DNA of 64,000 nt, taken from NCBI GenBank assembly GCA_964057225.1, contig OZ059898.1:7750001-7814000 (forward strand), read 5' to 3'. The notes under the pieces were generated by a model that was given only the letters and a program-made list of their open reading frames with translations, was not told the origin of the DNA and searched no databases. Shown here one piece after another: positions 1-13,353 of the stretch. Position 1 is the first letter of the stretch; each line of letters begins with the position of its first letter. The DNA comes from Auanema rhodensis (lineage: Eukaryota > Animalia > Nematoda). The position numbers and the translations under genes are program-made.

Positions 1-53
1 AAAAACGGAAATAATAAAGGATTCTTTCTAAGAAAATTATTAATGTTTAACTT

Positions 54-2988
54 CTATGCTTTCTTCAATTTAGAATCAAATACGTGAATACTTACATATT
101 GATTAGAAACTGGCCCGATCTCACGTTCTATCATACAATCAGGCACTGGAGCTCTCACAGAAGCAACCACTGATTCAACAAGTTGATCATCGCTTGATTC
201 AACCGTTCGAATCACTGGATTAATAGAAGATTCTATAACAGAATCTTCCGCGATTTCTACTAGTGGTCCCTGTTTTAGCTCTGCCACTGGCTCTACTAAT
301 TGGCCTACAGTGATATTGGAAGGTTGAAACGAGCCATTACATAGAGATTTTTTCAAACTTTTCCCTAAAGGACCCATAATTTTTTTCGGAGCTATTCCTA
401 TCTGTAATGAAAAAGGAAGATACAAATACAAACAAACAGGAAAATACTTGCTGATTCTTATAATCCTTCTTGGCAATATCCTTTTTTTTCAGTGTTTTGA
501 AATCTTCATTGGATAGCATACCTTTTCTAAATGAATATGAATTTAAACTATAAGCTCTTGAAACAAAATTACTTATTAGGTGCGTATCCATGAACAGCAA
601 TATGATCTAGAAAGCTTGAAGGTAAACCACACCAAAAACAAAAATAGCAAATCTATAAAAATAATATAATATAATTTTTTTAAAATGTGAGTAAATACCT
701 TGAAATCTTTCGCTGATTTTGGAAGCATCATGTGTGTCCATGGACATTGAAAGTCGTTCGGGTCGCTAAACTCATAGGTAACTCAAATTTAAAGTTAAAT
801 TATTTACTCTATCTCGAAAGATCTATTAGAAGTAATGGGATCAATGGTAAGCAAATTAATTGTCAAGCGAAGTTGATTACTCAGTATGCTCCTGGAACAC
901 GATTATTTACAACCAAAAATTGAAAAACCAAACCATTCATGAGCAATGAAAGCTTCAGAGAACAAGCCGTCATGAAATTCCAAAAAGTGTTTCAAAACAT
1001 AAAGTTGCAACAATGTTTCAGAAGGAAACTAAAATGATTAATTAAAAGATATTTGAATGAAAAATATATTTTACATGAAGTACATCATCTACATGACCAT
1101 GTTGATCACAAGGCAGTGGACATCTCCATTTATAAACAAGCAAGGAATTTGTATTATCCAACTCCTAAAAAAAAAAATTAAGAATATATGACAAGGGTAT
1201 TCCTTTTACCGTCACACAATACATTTTTGAATATCTTAATAAGCTTAACGGGAACATTTCTTTACTAAGTAAATTAGCCTCAGCTATTTCTTGTATTAAT
1301 TGAAACTCCGTTCTTTCACCATGTCTGAATTCTATTCAGAGTAATTTTGAGCATTAAGAACAGCTTACGTTTTTAAATCATTATGATAATCGTCAAGAAC
1401 AAAATGAGATGAGATTCGTCCTATTGATATAGGGTTAACACAAATTAAGCAGATTACTGTTTCACTTGGTATAATTTCATGCTAAAAGGTCAATAAATAG
1501 TAAATTATAACTGACTATACAAAAACCTCTCGTTGACCACGTCGAATCATTTCAACAATTAAATCTTTATTTGAATCACTGTATTCATCCATATAATAAA
1601 ATACGCTCCTAAATCATTACAGATAACTATTTACCAACATATACTTATACATACCTATATTTACTTTCAAGCCGTGAGCTCCAACTACTGTATTTCTCAA
1701 AGTCTAAATCACAATCTTTTTGTAGGCGATTCCTTAATAGGTTTAAATGTCTATAAACGCTAGAAAATCATTCATACCATTCTTTTGAACATAACGCCTG
1801 CAATTCTTCATTATCAGAGTGATATGTTTTGAAATGCCTCAAAACATATAAACGTAAAGATATATCATTACGAAACTTGTGTGGCATATGCCTAGCTAAA
1901 CCAACGTCACACAATACGCATACCCTGAAATCAAAGTATTTAAATCATTATATAAAAATTCTCCAACCATCTATAAGGCATTAGCTTATTTTCATGCACT
2001 TTATAATGAAATAATACTGATTCCTTTCCAGTTTCTTCATAATCTTTTGCTATTACTCCGTGGAAGGTGCCTAAATATTAAAGATATTTGAATAAAAACT
2101 ATTTGCAACTCACTCAAGTTCACTCTCATTTTAAAGCCTTTGAAGTGAGATTTCGCATCAATATACTCATTTGGAACCCTAATTTTTAAATCAGTTGCTA
2201 GTTTTGCCTTACTAAAAAAGATGGACGATAAGGAGAACAATACAATTTACACTAACTCTTCGAGGGCAGCTATAAATTCTTTTAGATCCTCTATTCGATT
2301 AGTATGCATTACCATATCATAACGAGGCTTACATAAATTTATCTCTAATCCTAAAATTTCCAAAATGTAAAGAATAAAAAGAATATCACCTGGATGAGCT
2401 TCTGCAAAATGGTTTGTGATACTACGCCTTGTGAACGACAAATAGCATACAGGGCATATCTTCTCATTTTGCACGTCTAACTGAGAATATAATAATATTA
2501 TTTATAAAGATTAAAAAAAACCTACATTTCCATTGTGAAGTAATAAGTGTGTTCGAATTGTATCCAGCACCGATTTTAATGATACTCCCGTCGTTATTGA
2601 ACCAAATTCCTTATTACATAAGGGGCATTGAATGCTTTTCCGTAGAAGTCGTACAATCTGCAGTTTGTGTTATATTCCAACTGACTTTGAAAACATACCT
2701 TAAGTTCTACCTTCTCGGACGATAAAACATTATTAATTTCCTCAGCATTCTCAGCAAAGAACTCGCTTTTCTCACCATACTTATGAAGTTTGTTATTTGT
2801 TTTCTGAGAAATTTATGAAAAATCAAAAATTATTATCACTGAAAATTTATTACATTAAAGTGTTGGATGTTCTTGCTGGTGAAAAAGGACTGGATCTCAT
2901 CCCAACCATTTTCTTCTACTGTTCTTGATGAAGATACGTCCTGTTCCGAAGTGCCGGGAAGAGATCCATCATCTTCGTCAACTTCCAT
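54..2988 (-). CDS. Multi-exon C2H2 zinc-finger protein (3' end uncertain, may continue past window edge)
   Basis: ATG at 2988 (MEVDEDDGSLPGTSEQ...). Spliced exons give CPLCNKEF...THLLLH, CPVCYLSF...NHFAEAH and CVLC...HFKTYH finger-like motifs, separated by ~45-nt GT-AG introns. Last long exon is ORF 54..476. Confidence 0.7.
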
Positions 2989-4316
2989 TTCTTATGTTTT
3001 TATTTCTTGGCAATTGTTTTAGCAGCAATAATTGAAAGCTAAATATAATTCACATTGGTTTTAAAATATTTATTTCCCTCTCTGCGTAGATATTTTCATT
3101 TACACGCCTTCATGAAAATAAATGCTTCCTTGCTTTACATACATTGTTGAATAGTAGTTTAGAATGATTAAATAAAAAATATAAGTGCTAGATATCTCAA
3201 TATTCTCTCAATTTTTTAAAAAAATTTTTTTGCTTGAGCACGTTTAAAGAGCCTAACACTAAGGCTGCAAAAGTGTATGAACTCTGGACAACAAATTGTT
3301 TTAAAAAGTAAATAAATAGAAAGTATAAACCAAAGTAAGGAAATTTCAGAAATTCCAGACCGTAATGCACTTTTATTCTTGAGATCGCAGTAGGATATCT
3401 GCCTAAACTAATCCTTGTTATACAGTACCCAAGATACAGACTGGTTATTTAGAAAACAATTATTAGACAATGATTAGTTATGGAAAATTTTTTTCTATCG
3501 AAATTCTATTTGGAACTGTTTACCCTTTTGCAATTAAAAATTCTAAATATAATAACGACAAGATTGAAATATGACATATCGGTTTCGGGCTTTTTCTAAA
3601 GCATTCCCGTCATCATTTTTGATTTTTGTCATCATCACTGTCAATCCGTCAAGTATTTAGCAGCACAGGGTCTTTCGCAAAGGCATAAACAGACGAAAAA
3701 ATCCCATTATGGCAATCACGTCTGTCTTCTGTCTCTAACCTCCCGCTAGCTTTTAGGCATGCAGTACAGGGAGCTCCCTGCTTAAAATATCTGGCATGCG
3801 GCGAGCTCAAAAGGGAACCCCGCGGAGGCGTGAAATCACGGTGATTGAAGACCATATTGGACTATGAATTGATGAGTTACATTAAGAAATAACGGCGAGA
3901 AACGCCTGTCAAATCTCTATTGGATTCTGGGAAAATACACGGTAGAGCAAAAATGCTTAAGATCTAAGCCGAAATTTAAGTGAAGCGTGAATAACACATT
4001 CACTAATTTTTTGTGGCAATTTTCCCATTAGCTGTGTTTTAGTTAGGATGTGTATTCATGAAATATGTACATCATCAATGTTTCTATTGATGTTTTTCAC
4101 AAATATAATCAAACCTTATGTGCGTATTGTGAACGCAATTAATTTGTCTGGTATAAAGAGAAAGTAATGAGTGTCATATGTTACCAGACGATCTCTTACT
4201 TGCATACTATATTCTTACATTTTCTTGTTACATACAGTTAAATCCAGAGTATATTTTTTATTTCATACCGTGAAATAAATTTTATTTCAATAACTTTTTA
4301 TTATATAACACAAAGT

Positions 4317-7300
4317 CAGATGGAGAGCAGAAAACATTTATATTACTTTTGATCAGGCATTTGAAATTCTAAGATGTGCATGGTAAAAAACTACTTTCAA
4401 TATGCAAAGGATTAGTTCATACAGGTTTAATAACAGTGATAATAAAGGATTTAGTTAAAAGCTTATATTAATTTTAGACTTTCCACATAGTTTCCGGCTA
4501 TCAATAATAGAACCTAATAAAGCATGATTATGAATCATCATCATGACCTTAAAGGCAAGAGCCGGCTCGTCGGTCTTTTCAAGGATCAAGAAAGATCTGC
4601 TGGAGAGCTAAGAAGCAGAGGATTATAGTCACGGTTCTGAAACTGATCCTCTCCGGTCTCTTGGCCTCAGATGAGAGGTGCCTTCTCATTAGCGGCTCGG
4701 ACAGTATTGAGATTAAATTGCGTCATACGTATACAGAGCACCACGATGATCTATTGAAATAACTATTGGATTACCTCAGTTGACAGGCGAGACGTCCGTG
4801 TTCAGCCACTTTTCAGGTCATCTCGAAAACTAATTAGAGTTATGACGTCAGAGGACAAAAGGCAACTTGACAAAATATTTATCATGTTCTCATTAATACT
4901 TTTCGACTTTGATGTTCCTTTATTATTAGAAAAATATTTTCTATACTTTGCAATAATTCTAAGCATTCATATATTATTTAATTTTGTTTAAATTGTGTAT
5001 AGTAAAAGAATCACATGTTATACATATTTTTTCTAGTTCAATGACCTAAGTTAAGTGGATAGTTTAGGAAGTATTTGACACTAACTTGAAACTTTCCACA
5101 CAGTAAGTACTTAAAGACCTTTAGCACATCCTTAACTTTTGAAGAATCACGACTTCCGGAGTACTTCTGCATGCAGTCGTGAAGCATCTGCTAGATTTCA
5201 ACAGCTTTTTCACACCTATTATATGTGTGACATAGGTTACATTAAGCATGAAGTTGGCAAAGTACTGTGGAATATTGATAGAATGTCGGAAAGTTATGAA
5301 AATACGATAAAGCTCTCAGAGAAAGAGGATTAAGAGAATATTTCTTGTATCATCATAATATTCGTTTAACCAGATGTTTCTACCGCATTCATTTCTTAAT
5401 CCTTTAGCAACATGGCTGTCGGAGGAGTACTGTGCAAACAGTAAAATACTAAGAAGGCGTTATAGTCACATAAGGAAATCCGAGAGAAGAAACTGAGAGA
5501 AAAGGAGTTAGAGATTGTAACCATAAACGACTGAGCCACTCTCTTCACGTTTCTATTAGAAATCGTATTGTAATGCAAATAGGCGGCACAGTCTTTTTCG
5601 ATTGAGCATACCGCCTGTCTTAAATAGCTCACACATCTGAGCAGAGAAAAGACAATAGACTCTTAAAGGAAAAATTCATCAGTAAGTCTGCCGGCTAGCT
5701 GGCTTATCCTCAAAGGAAGTTAACTAGCTGGCATTTGACAGTATTTTCCTAATAAAAAGCATATAAGGTCGCAAAGATGCGAGATCCAATGTATTGCTGC
5801 AATTTGAGATGAATAATAGAGAAAATTAAGATCCGTTCATAAGCACAAATGAAACCAAATGTTAAAAAAAAATTGCAAACATCATAAGTTATGAAACTAA
5901 TTAATCTATCGAGTTGTTGTTCCAACTTGAAACCAAGTAGAAATATAATTAAGTTCTTCTTCGCATGTACAGTATATATTCTATTCATATAAGCCCTTAA
6001 TGTGAGATTGTTAGAATATGTTTTGTAATTGATCTGGATGAGAATACAATACAATTCACAGGTGGTTGTCAATTGCACAGGTTTAACCTCATGTTGAACA
6101 AAATACATAGCATAGTTATTGTTTGCTGAAGTGCATAATCTAATAGATTAGTGAGCAGTTATGCATCAATACCATCATTTCTTTTCACTATCCTATTCAT
6201 ACTGCTTCACACACGCATTTTGGAATGAGTTGTGTTGTATTCATTATGTGTGCAACAACTAACTACTAGTACTAGATATGGTCATCAGAGTCCTCGACAA
6301 GAACAATCGAGCACAGAGTTGCTCACACAGTCTGTGACCATTTATGGTCACTTGTACTACTTTTCTATTGCCAGTCCATAATGGGTTATAGCTGTTCCTA
6401 AGCTGCAATTAACAACAGCTAGTCACTTCAACCACATCCCTTCAACAGCTATCCTGTGTCTTCTGACTCTCGAATTGATTATAACTATTCTGAATAAACG
6501 CTGACCAACAATTAGTCAGGTCAATTGATGGATATAACATTAAAAATGGCTATACCTATTCAATACATTAATCTTGTTCATGAGAGCCTCTAGATTAGTG
6601 TTTTACGTGAAATAACTACGAGCGATTTCTTCTACTAATATATATATGTATATGGATACTCATTCATTTTTAATAACTTTTATTTCTAAAACCTGGATAT
6701 GAACTATAATTTCTTTAAACTACAAAATTGGAGTTAAAACTACCTAATATATGTAGATATAAATCGTGGTTTACCATAATTGTTGAATGCCGCGAAAAAA
6801 ACCTTTATTCAAAAAATTAAAATTAAAAGTAGTTTGTCTATTCATTTGTTAAAAAAAGTGTTTATATTGTAAATTAAAAATACACATATGGGTATAATTG
6901 TGATAGAATTATGAAATTCGAAATTTAAATAAACCAAATAAAATACAAATTCACTTGTAATGCATAAGCTGTTATTTATGTATTTTATCAAAACGATTTT
7001 AAATATTATATAATGTTTAATGTTCAAAAATATTAAGATTATATCTTCAAATTTCATTATATTCAAGATTTTTCCTTTACTAGACCCCTTGCTGCGCTAC
7101 CGTAACCACTTGGGCCCACCCACCACTTCAGAGGGGGCGGTACATTGAGGCATCCGCGATTCTGCAGACAGATGATCAGATAGCAACATCGGCTCCGGTC
7201 AGGAGTGGAAAGCTGTCTACTCTTCTCATCATTTAGAATAATTTTTTATCTTATTGCTTTAAAAATATTTTGCTACCTATTCTAATATGTGTTTGAATCC

Positions 7301-9512
7301 CAACTAATGTCATCTCATGCAACCTACTTTCAGTGTTCCTTCTATTTCGTTCTCAACGACTATTCACTATGTCTCCCAACATGGATTCCAACGATGATGG
7401 CAAGCTCAAGATGCGCGTTCGCCGCGTAAAAGCCAATGGACGTGAACGTGCTCGTATGCATGGACTTAACAATGCTCTCGATGTCCTCCGCCAGGTATTT
7501 CAGAAATATTTCCAATGTTAAGTAACTTTTATATATTTTCAGTATGTTCCTTTAACTACTCAACATCAAAAATTGAGCAAGATCGAAACCCTTCGTTTAG
7601 CTCGGTATGTTTTCATTTACAATATTTTTGATATAAGAAACAATATATTTCCTTGACTATAATTAGAAAGCCATTCAAATTAAAATAGAATATATTCATC
7701 TATAAGCTGTATTCTTGAAATCATCTACTCATCCTCTCATTTTCAAGTCATATAATAACCTTATATAGTCAGTAAAATCCATATAGAGGCAATGACGTAT
7801 GACTTTATGGCAGTATGAAGAACATAAACAATTGAATGAGTTCTTGACGATGTCATTTGGACATCACATCATAGATATCCGGTGGAGTGTTCGCCGACTG
7901 TTAAAAATATTTATAGCCATATAACATTCTTATCAGTTGATTATTATCTTGTTCTTTGACTACTTACGGTTAAAATAAAAAATATTCATATCGTATACAG
8001 ATAAGAAAATCAATGCGATTTACACTCGCATTAAAGGTATACGACTTCCTCAGTGGATGAATAATTGATTTCATATGCTTCTTGACCCAGATCAAAACGT
8101 ATTTTTTATGAAAATTAAATGGGAGGGTGAATCTTTCCAGTTCCATCTGGTTAGCCTTTTAATAAAGTGACCCTATCTTAGAGCATTACTGGCAGACCTT
8201 TTTTTATGAGAAAATTAGGGTGAGAACGAGAGCAGTAGAGCAATATAAGGCAATTAGGAGATATTTATCCCATATCTTTGAGAGAAGTCCATTAGATAAT
8301 GAAAAAGTCAGCCTCATAATCGTCTAGTTCATCAAACCATATTTACACAAGTCACATATCTATGAACTAGATAACATGATGTGACAAGAAATCTAACACA
8401 AAGTCATCATATATTCGGACACATGTCCAAACATGGACAAGGAGAGTAGAGGGAAATGAGAGATATTTGTAGACGAGCAACAGAAGACTGTCAGTAAATG
8501 AATACATGAGGGATTACTAGTAGTGATCTCGCACAGATGCTCATCTTCTCCTATTTGCTTTGCAAGCTCATCCTACCACTTAATATATTTGCTGATAACC
8601 TGTTACTTAGCTATTTCCGTGACAGATGATCTCATAAACATTAAAATATAAGCACACATCTTCCTTGAATATTAAATAATGTTTCAATTTTTTCAGCAAC
8701 TACATTTCTGCTCTACATCGCATTCTTCAAAGTGGAGCTACACCAAGCCCGCTTGAATACGCTCAACAATTGTCTATTGGATTGAGTCAAACAACAACTA
8801 ATATGCTCGCTAATTTGCTTCAAGTTCAACCACGTCTTCTTATCTCTTCTCCAACCCAACAAGATAGCTGCTCCACATCATATCCAACTCCAACTAGCAC
8901 ACCAACCCATTCAAACGCCCATATGGGATATATGCCTTATCAGGTAAATATAAATATTACTGTACGAACTATTCTTACTTTTTGCTTTAGGTTAGCCCAC
9001 CACCATGCTATTATGAGCCCCAATCCTGCGTCTCGGAACCAGCCTATGAAACTCCAATTGGTTATTCTCACGCTATGGCCTATTATCCTCAACAACCATG
9101 AAGGAATTTGCTAAGAAAACAACAAGAACATAATTCAGCCACTTAACATTTCTCATCTAATTTTTTTCTCAGATTATTAATGCTATCTCTTAAACATCGT
9201 CATTTAATTGCTCCATCTAACTTGCGCAACATACTGTTCACTGAAACACGGGTCCTTCACGCTTGTCTTTTTTCAAATATATATTGTTTTTTTTATGAAT
9301 AAATTATATAAATGAATCAATCTTGTGTGAAACAGATGAAATCTATATATCCGATGAAACAACATCGAAGATGTCAACCAATAGAAGCATAATTTACAAT
9401 GTACCTAATTGCTCACCAATTAAATCATCAGAAAACAATATGCATATATAGTCAGTTGCCACCTGGCTTTACCCATTAATGTTTGAGTAAAAAACAAATA
9501 AAACAGATGATC
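4317..9512. promoter_or_regulatory. Cluster of CAGATG/CATCTG E-boxes upstream of, within and downstream of cnd-1
   Basis: Sites at 4317, 4668, 5185, 5371, 5634, 7169, 8144, 8534, 8623, 9333 and 9504; the 10-mer ACAGATGATC occurs three times. Confidence 0.5.
7369..9101 (+). CDS. cnd-1: NeuroD-family bHLH transcription factor (exons 7369-7494, 7543-7604, 8697-8943, 8991-9101)
   Basis: Spliced protein [49 protein letters not shown]...[29 protein letters not shown] = bHLH plus NeuroD box. TTTCAG acceptor at 7328-7333 before the ATG; AATAAA near 9298. Confidence 0.95.
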
Positions 9513-9654
9513 AGGCTATCTTTATTACCTGGAAACTTAATTTTGAACGGTATAAGTAATCAGAGATCCTTAGAAAATAACAACATGTACCAGTTTAAAC
9601 CGGCTGAACAAATGACCAAAAAATAATTATTAAACATGATTAGAACAGAAAAAA

Positions 9655-12042
9655 TTATGGCTCTACAATGCAAGCAAGATTTAAACCGGTTTTTCCAATG
9701 TTCATCACATCAATACGGCCCTCATTATAAACCTAGAAATAACTAATCTTTACGAAGAAAAAAGTAAATTTACCTTTGCGTGGTGAACAAAATGAACAAT
9801 TGTTCTAAAGAAATTACTAGGGCCTTTGCTTACAGGAGAACGACTGGTAACTCCATTGTTATCAGTATGAACTAATTCAAAGTGTGGAGGTGAAGATGAA
9901 GACTTAAATAATGGATGAAATTAAAATTATTTTAAATATGTATACCATATGAATATAAAATGAACCGGGTGCATTATGAATGGCAGAAGGTTTTTGAGGA
10001 GAAATGAGTGTATAAACGGCAGAAAATGGGTTAGACAATCTGTAAAAACAGAGAAAAATGCTTAATTTAAGTATTACAATTACGAGGCAGATCCTACGAG
10101 AGGATTAGAGGTAACTTTGCTGTCCATATAAGCACAGAAGATATGAAAAAGAAGAGCGCTGTCAGTAGGAAGGGTGTCTGACCATGCTCTACGAGCTATT
10201 CTTCCAGAAGCTTAAAAATAATAACGATTGAAAATGTTGAAATATGAAATCAAAGTCCTACCAGTCTCTTCGGATACCGGCTCAGTTCCTCCTGAATTCC
10301 AATGGAAGTTAGAAATGAAAGGGTCGGCACTAAGTTCATGAATACGTGACACCAAATACGCCTATTGGAAGTTAAAAAGTTTAAATTTTTTTAAAAATAG
10401 ATACACCTGATTTGTGTGAAATGAAAGATAGGGAAGAATGAATGGAAGAGTTGTAAATTTCAATTTTTCCTTTGAGGTTAATGCTGTCTTTAACGCCTCA
10501 ACTGAAGCGTTGCCGATTCGCAAAGTAGTATGGTCCTGAGAAAAATATTATAATCCCAATACTGAATTAGAGAGAAACCTCTTCTAATGCTTTGTTAACA
10601 TTTAAAATAGCAGAACTTAAGTTATTCAAAATGGTATTTGAAATCCAGACCCGAACTAATTGTTCTCCTCTTAATAACTTATCTTCATCCAATGGCGAAC
10701 TAAAAAAATAGCATGATGTGTATACTATGATATAATTAACCTTAAATCAATTTTCGGCGAAGTGGAAACAGAAGAAATAGAGCCATCAGCGATAGAGAAA
10801 CTTCTTCTACGTCGTTCATTGGATTCAGATCTACGCATTAATGGGGAGCCAGTCTAAGTTCATATTGGTGAAATGTCTAATCAGCAAGCATACCTTTCTA
10901 GTAGTGTTTTTCATATTCATTAAGGAAACTTTCAGTCGTTGTAAATCGTCCATATCCCCATCACCGCCTCTAGGTACAGGAGACAGATAAACTCTGCCGC
11001 TCGAATCAATTCTAACAACTAAAAAGATTCAACTGATAATATTTACATTCGAAAAGCCTAACTTTCTCCTTCTTTCTTATCGGCTTTAGAAGATTCTGAC
11101 AACTGGTAGGGCTTCTTTTCAGAGCCACTAGCATCTAACAAATTGAAATAAGACAAAGAGCTATTGTTGAATGATGTAGATAAATCTCCACGACTTTCAT
11201 CATTGCTGAAAAAAAGTAATACTTTAATATACAACCGAAACCTGAACCTTTTGCGCAGGAGACGTTCTAATTGTTCTCGTGTATGGATGCTATCTACGGA
11301 TTTAGAGTACGGGCTAGCATTTGAGTGATGATAGATAGGACTGATCAGTCCATCGGACGAAACATCTAATGGAACGTTTCCGTGATTACTTAAAATGTTC
11401 AATAGAATTGTGAAACAGCAAATGCAAACCTTCTTGGAGTAGAAGATGTAGGTTCATGACTGAAAGTACGACTAGAAGAAAATCCAAAAGAATGGCTTTC
11501 TACCCAAGAAGTATCTCCCTTACGTGAAGTATTCAAAGACTTATCAAGAGAAGATGTATTGAATACGTCATTTGCTTTTTCTATAATTTGGAAGATATCG
11601 TTTAATCTATATAAGAATTCTGAAACCTCTGGATTGAGCTTCTGTCGAGTATATTGGAAGAGATTTATATGTCAACCACATAATTGTGGTAAACACATGT
11701 ACTAGAGCTGCCCATTCAAAAATTATAACTATTTTTGAAGGAATAACAGAATTTAGGAATAGTTTGCCTAAGAAACTACTTAAAACAAAAATCTGAAAAT
11801 CAAGAAGATAGCTAAGATTAAATTACTGGAAAAGGGTACCTCAACAGTTAATAAAACGAGAGCAATAGACCACGGTACTATTTTTGCCCGCATACGTTGA
11901 GCTCTTAAAACAAATTCGGATGAGTTGCAGCAATTTAAACTTACTTGTTTAAAGTTTTCTGTCGTCTTCTCTCATCTGACCATTGCGTTTTTTCACTCAT
12001 TGATTTATTTATATTGGGAGATAAAATACTACCAAATGCCAT
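9655..12042 (-). CDS. TMEM209: TMEM209-like nuclear envelope membrane protein (CytochromB561_N family), multi-exon
   Basis: ATG 12042, N-terminal hydrophobic segments and a Ser/Pro-rich middle. Conserved-looking C-terminal blocks RIWISNTIL, AYLVSRIHELS, LPTDSALLFHIFCAYMD, PPHFELV and KGPSNFFRTIVHFVHHAK; ends GLNLACIVEP*. Confidence 0.8.
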
Positions 12043-12276
12043 AGAATATAAATAGTATACAACAGAAAACCGGCAAAGATTAAACAATAATGGACCTTAA
12101 ATTTGAGGGCGCGAAATTCATACTTCTATATTGCGTATTTTTTTTGCGCCGTCTAACCAAAAAGATTGATAACTTCTTTCGAGCTTTTAACGTTTAAGCA
12201 TATTTTCAGTACTTTAAAGTCATTCAAATACTTTTATATCATTATTTTTTCAATGTTAACTAAGTTTTAGATTGTT
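12043..12276. promoter_or_regulatory. Short bidirectional promoter with E2F/DRM-like site
   Basis: Head-to-head ATGs 234 nt apart; GGCGCGAAA (= TTTCGCGCC) at ~12108-12116 and TTTTGCGCC at ~12142-12150. Confidence 0.5.
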
Positions 12277-12590
12277 ATGGCTCTGCCATGGTATTATTTA
12301 GAAAAGCCAGCTCGAGTTGTTCTTTTAAGGTATGCATGTACTATATACGGTTTTTTTCTGTTCTTATACTGATAAATCAAGATGTATTTGTTAATGTTAT
12401 TGTAGATGTTATTACACAACTTGTGCATTAGCTTATCCTAGTTATGTAGCGTTCAATTGGAAAGCTTATATTCCTGAAAGAACCGAGGTATTTCTTTTGT
12501 GTTTTAATTTTCTATAACTTGATAAAACAGGTTCTTGGTGGTCGTTCATTACAAGAAGAAATCGTTAATCCCCTCAATATCAAAAAATAG
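12277..12590 (+). CDS. 64-aa single-pass microprotein, 3 exons (12277-12329, 12406-12487, 12531-12590); possibly COX8-like
   Basis: MALPWYYLEKPARVVLLRCYYTTCALAYPSYVAFNWKAYIPERTEVLGGRSLQEEIVNPLNIKK*. Two canonical introns keep the frame; TTTTAG acceptor 6 nt before the ATG; AATAAA ~20 nt after the stop. Missed by the ORF track. Confidence 0.75.
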
Positions 12591-12761
12591 TTTATATTTT
12601 CTATAATAGAATAAAGTATTATTAGTTTATTCGTTTCCCCTATCGTGTATTACAACAATAAACCGCGAAGAAGAGCGTAGTTAAAATTTATTAAAATTAT
12701 AAACTTCGATTTTCAAAGACAGTTCTTATTAAGTACGATTAGTTTTTACAAAATAATTAAT

Positions 12762-13015
12762 TTAATATCGACAATGTTCATGAATGACGATTACTTCATC
12801 GTGGCAGTGAGGTCTCGTGCAGATGATATAAACTGCGTGAATAACTCCAGGTACGAATAATAAAAAGGTCAATAACAAGTTGATCCAGAAAGCATTAGTA
12901 CAACCTCTGTCACAAAGCACTGCTAAAGGCTGAAAATCAAACTAAATTAATTATAAAGAATGAAAAAACTTACTGGGCAAATGAAAGCCAAAATAACTAG
13001 GAGAACCCTACACAT
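12762..13015 (-). CDS. Pmp3/RCI2/UPF0057 proteolipid membrane potential modulator (exons 13015-12974, 12929-12762)
   Basis: MCRVLLVILAFICP|PLAVLCDRGCTNAFWINLLLTFLLFVPGVIHAVYII... matches the family signature PPLAV...INxLLT...PGxIHA. Confidence 0.9.
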
Positions 13016-13353
13016 TATCAAATTGTAGATCAATGAAGCAAAAGTATTTGAACAATCACAGGCAAGCCAGTGTTATAAACCCTTCGAGCTGACTCATAAT
13101 TCAATTCGAAAATTTCATGACGATTGCTTTAAGCAAACAAACAGTAAGATATATCAGGCGAATCAACAAAGAAAAGAGCAGTAAGAACTTTATCAGTGAA
13201 ACCCCGCATTTATACATTAAAATCGTTTTTGCGACCATGAAACTTATATAGTTATCCAGTTAACAAATTATTTAAAAACGTTTCGAATATTATACTAGCT
13301 TTACAATTAGTGATTCTATAATATGTCTTTAAAATGTAGTTGTGCTTTGAAAG

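Noticed and set aside
3767-3780. Perfect 14-bp palindrome CAGGGAGCTCCCTG
   Set aside because: Single occurrence with no loop or context; cannot be distinguished from chance or an ordinary TF site.
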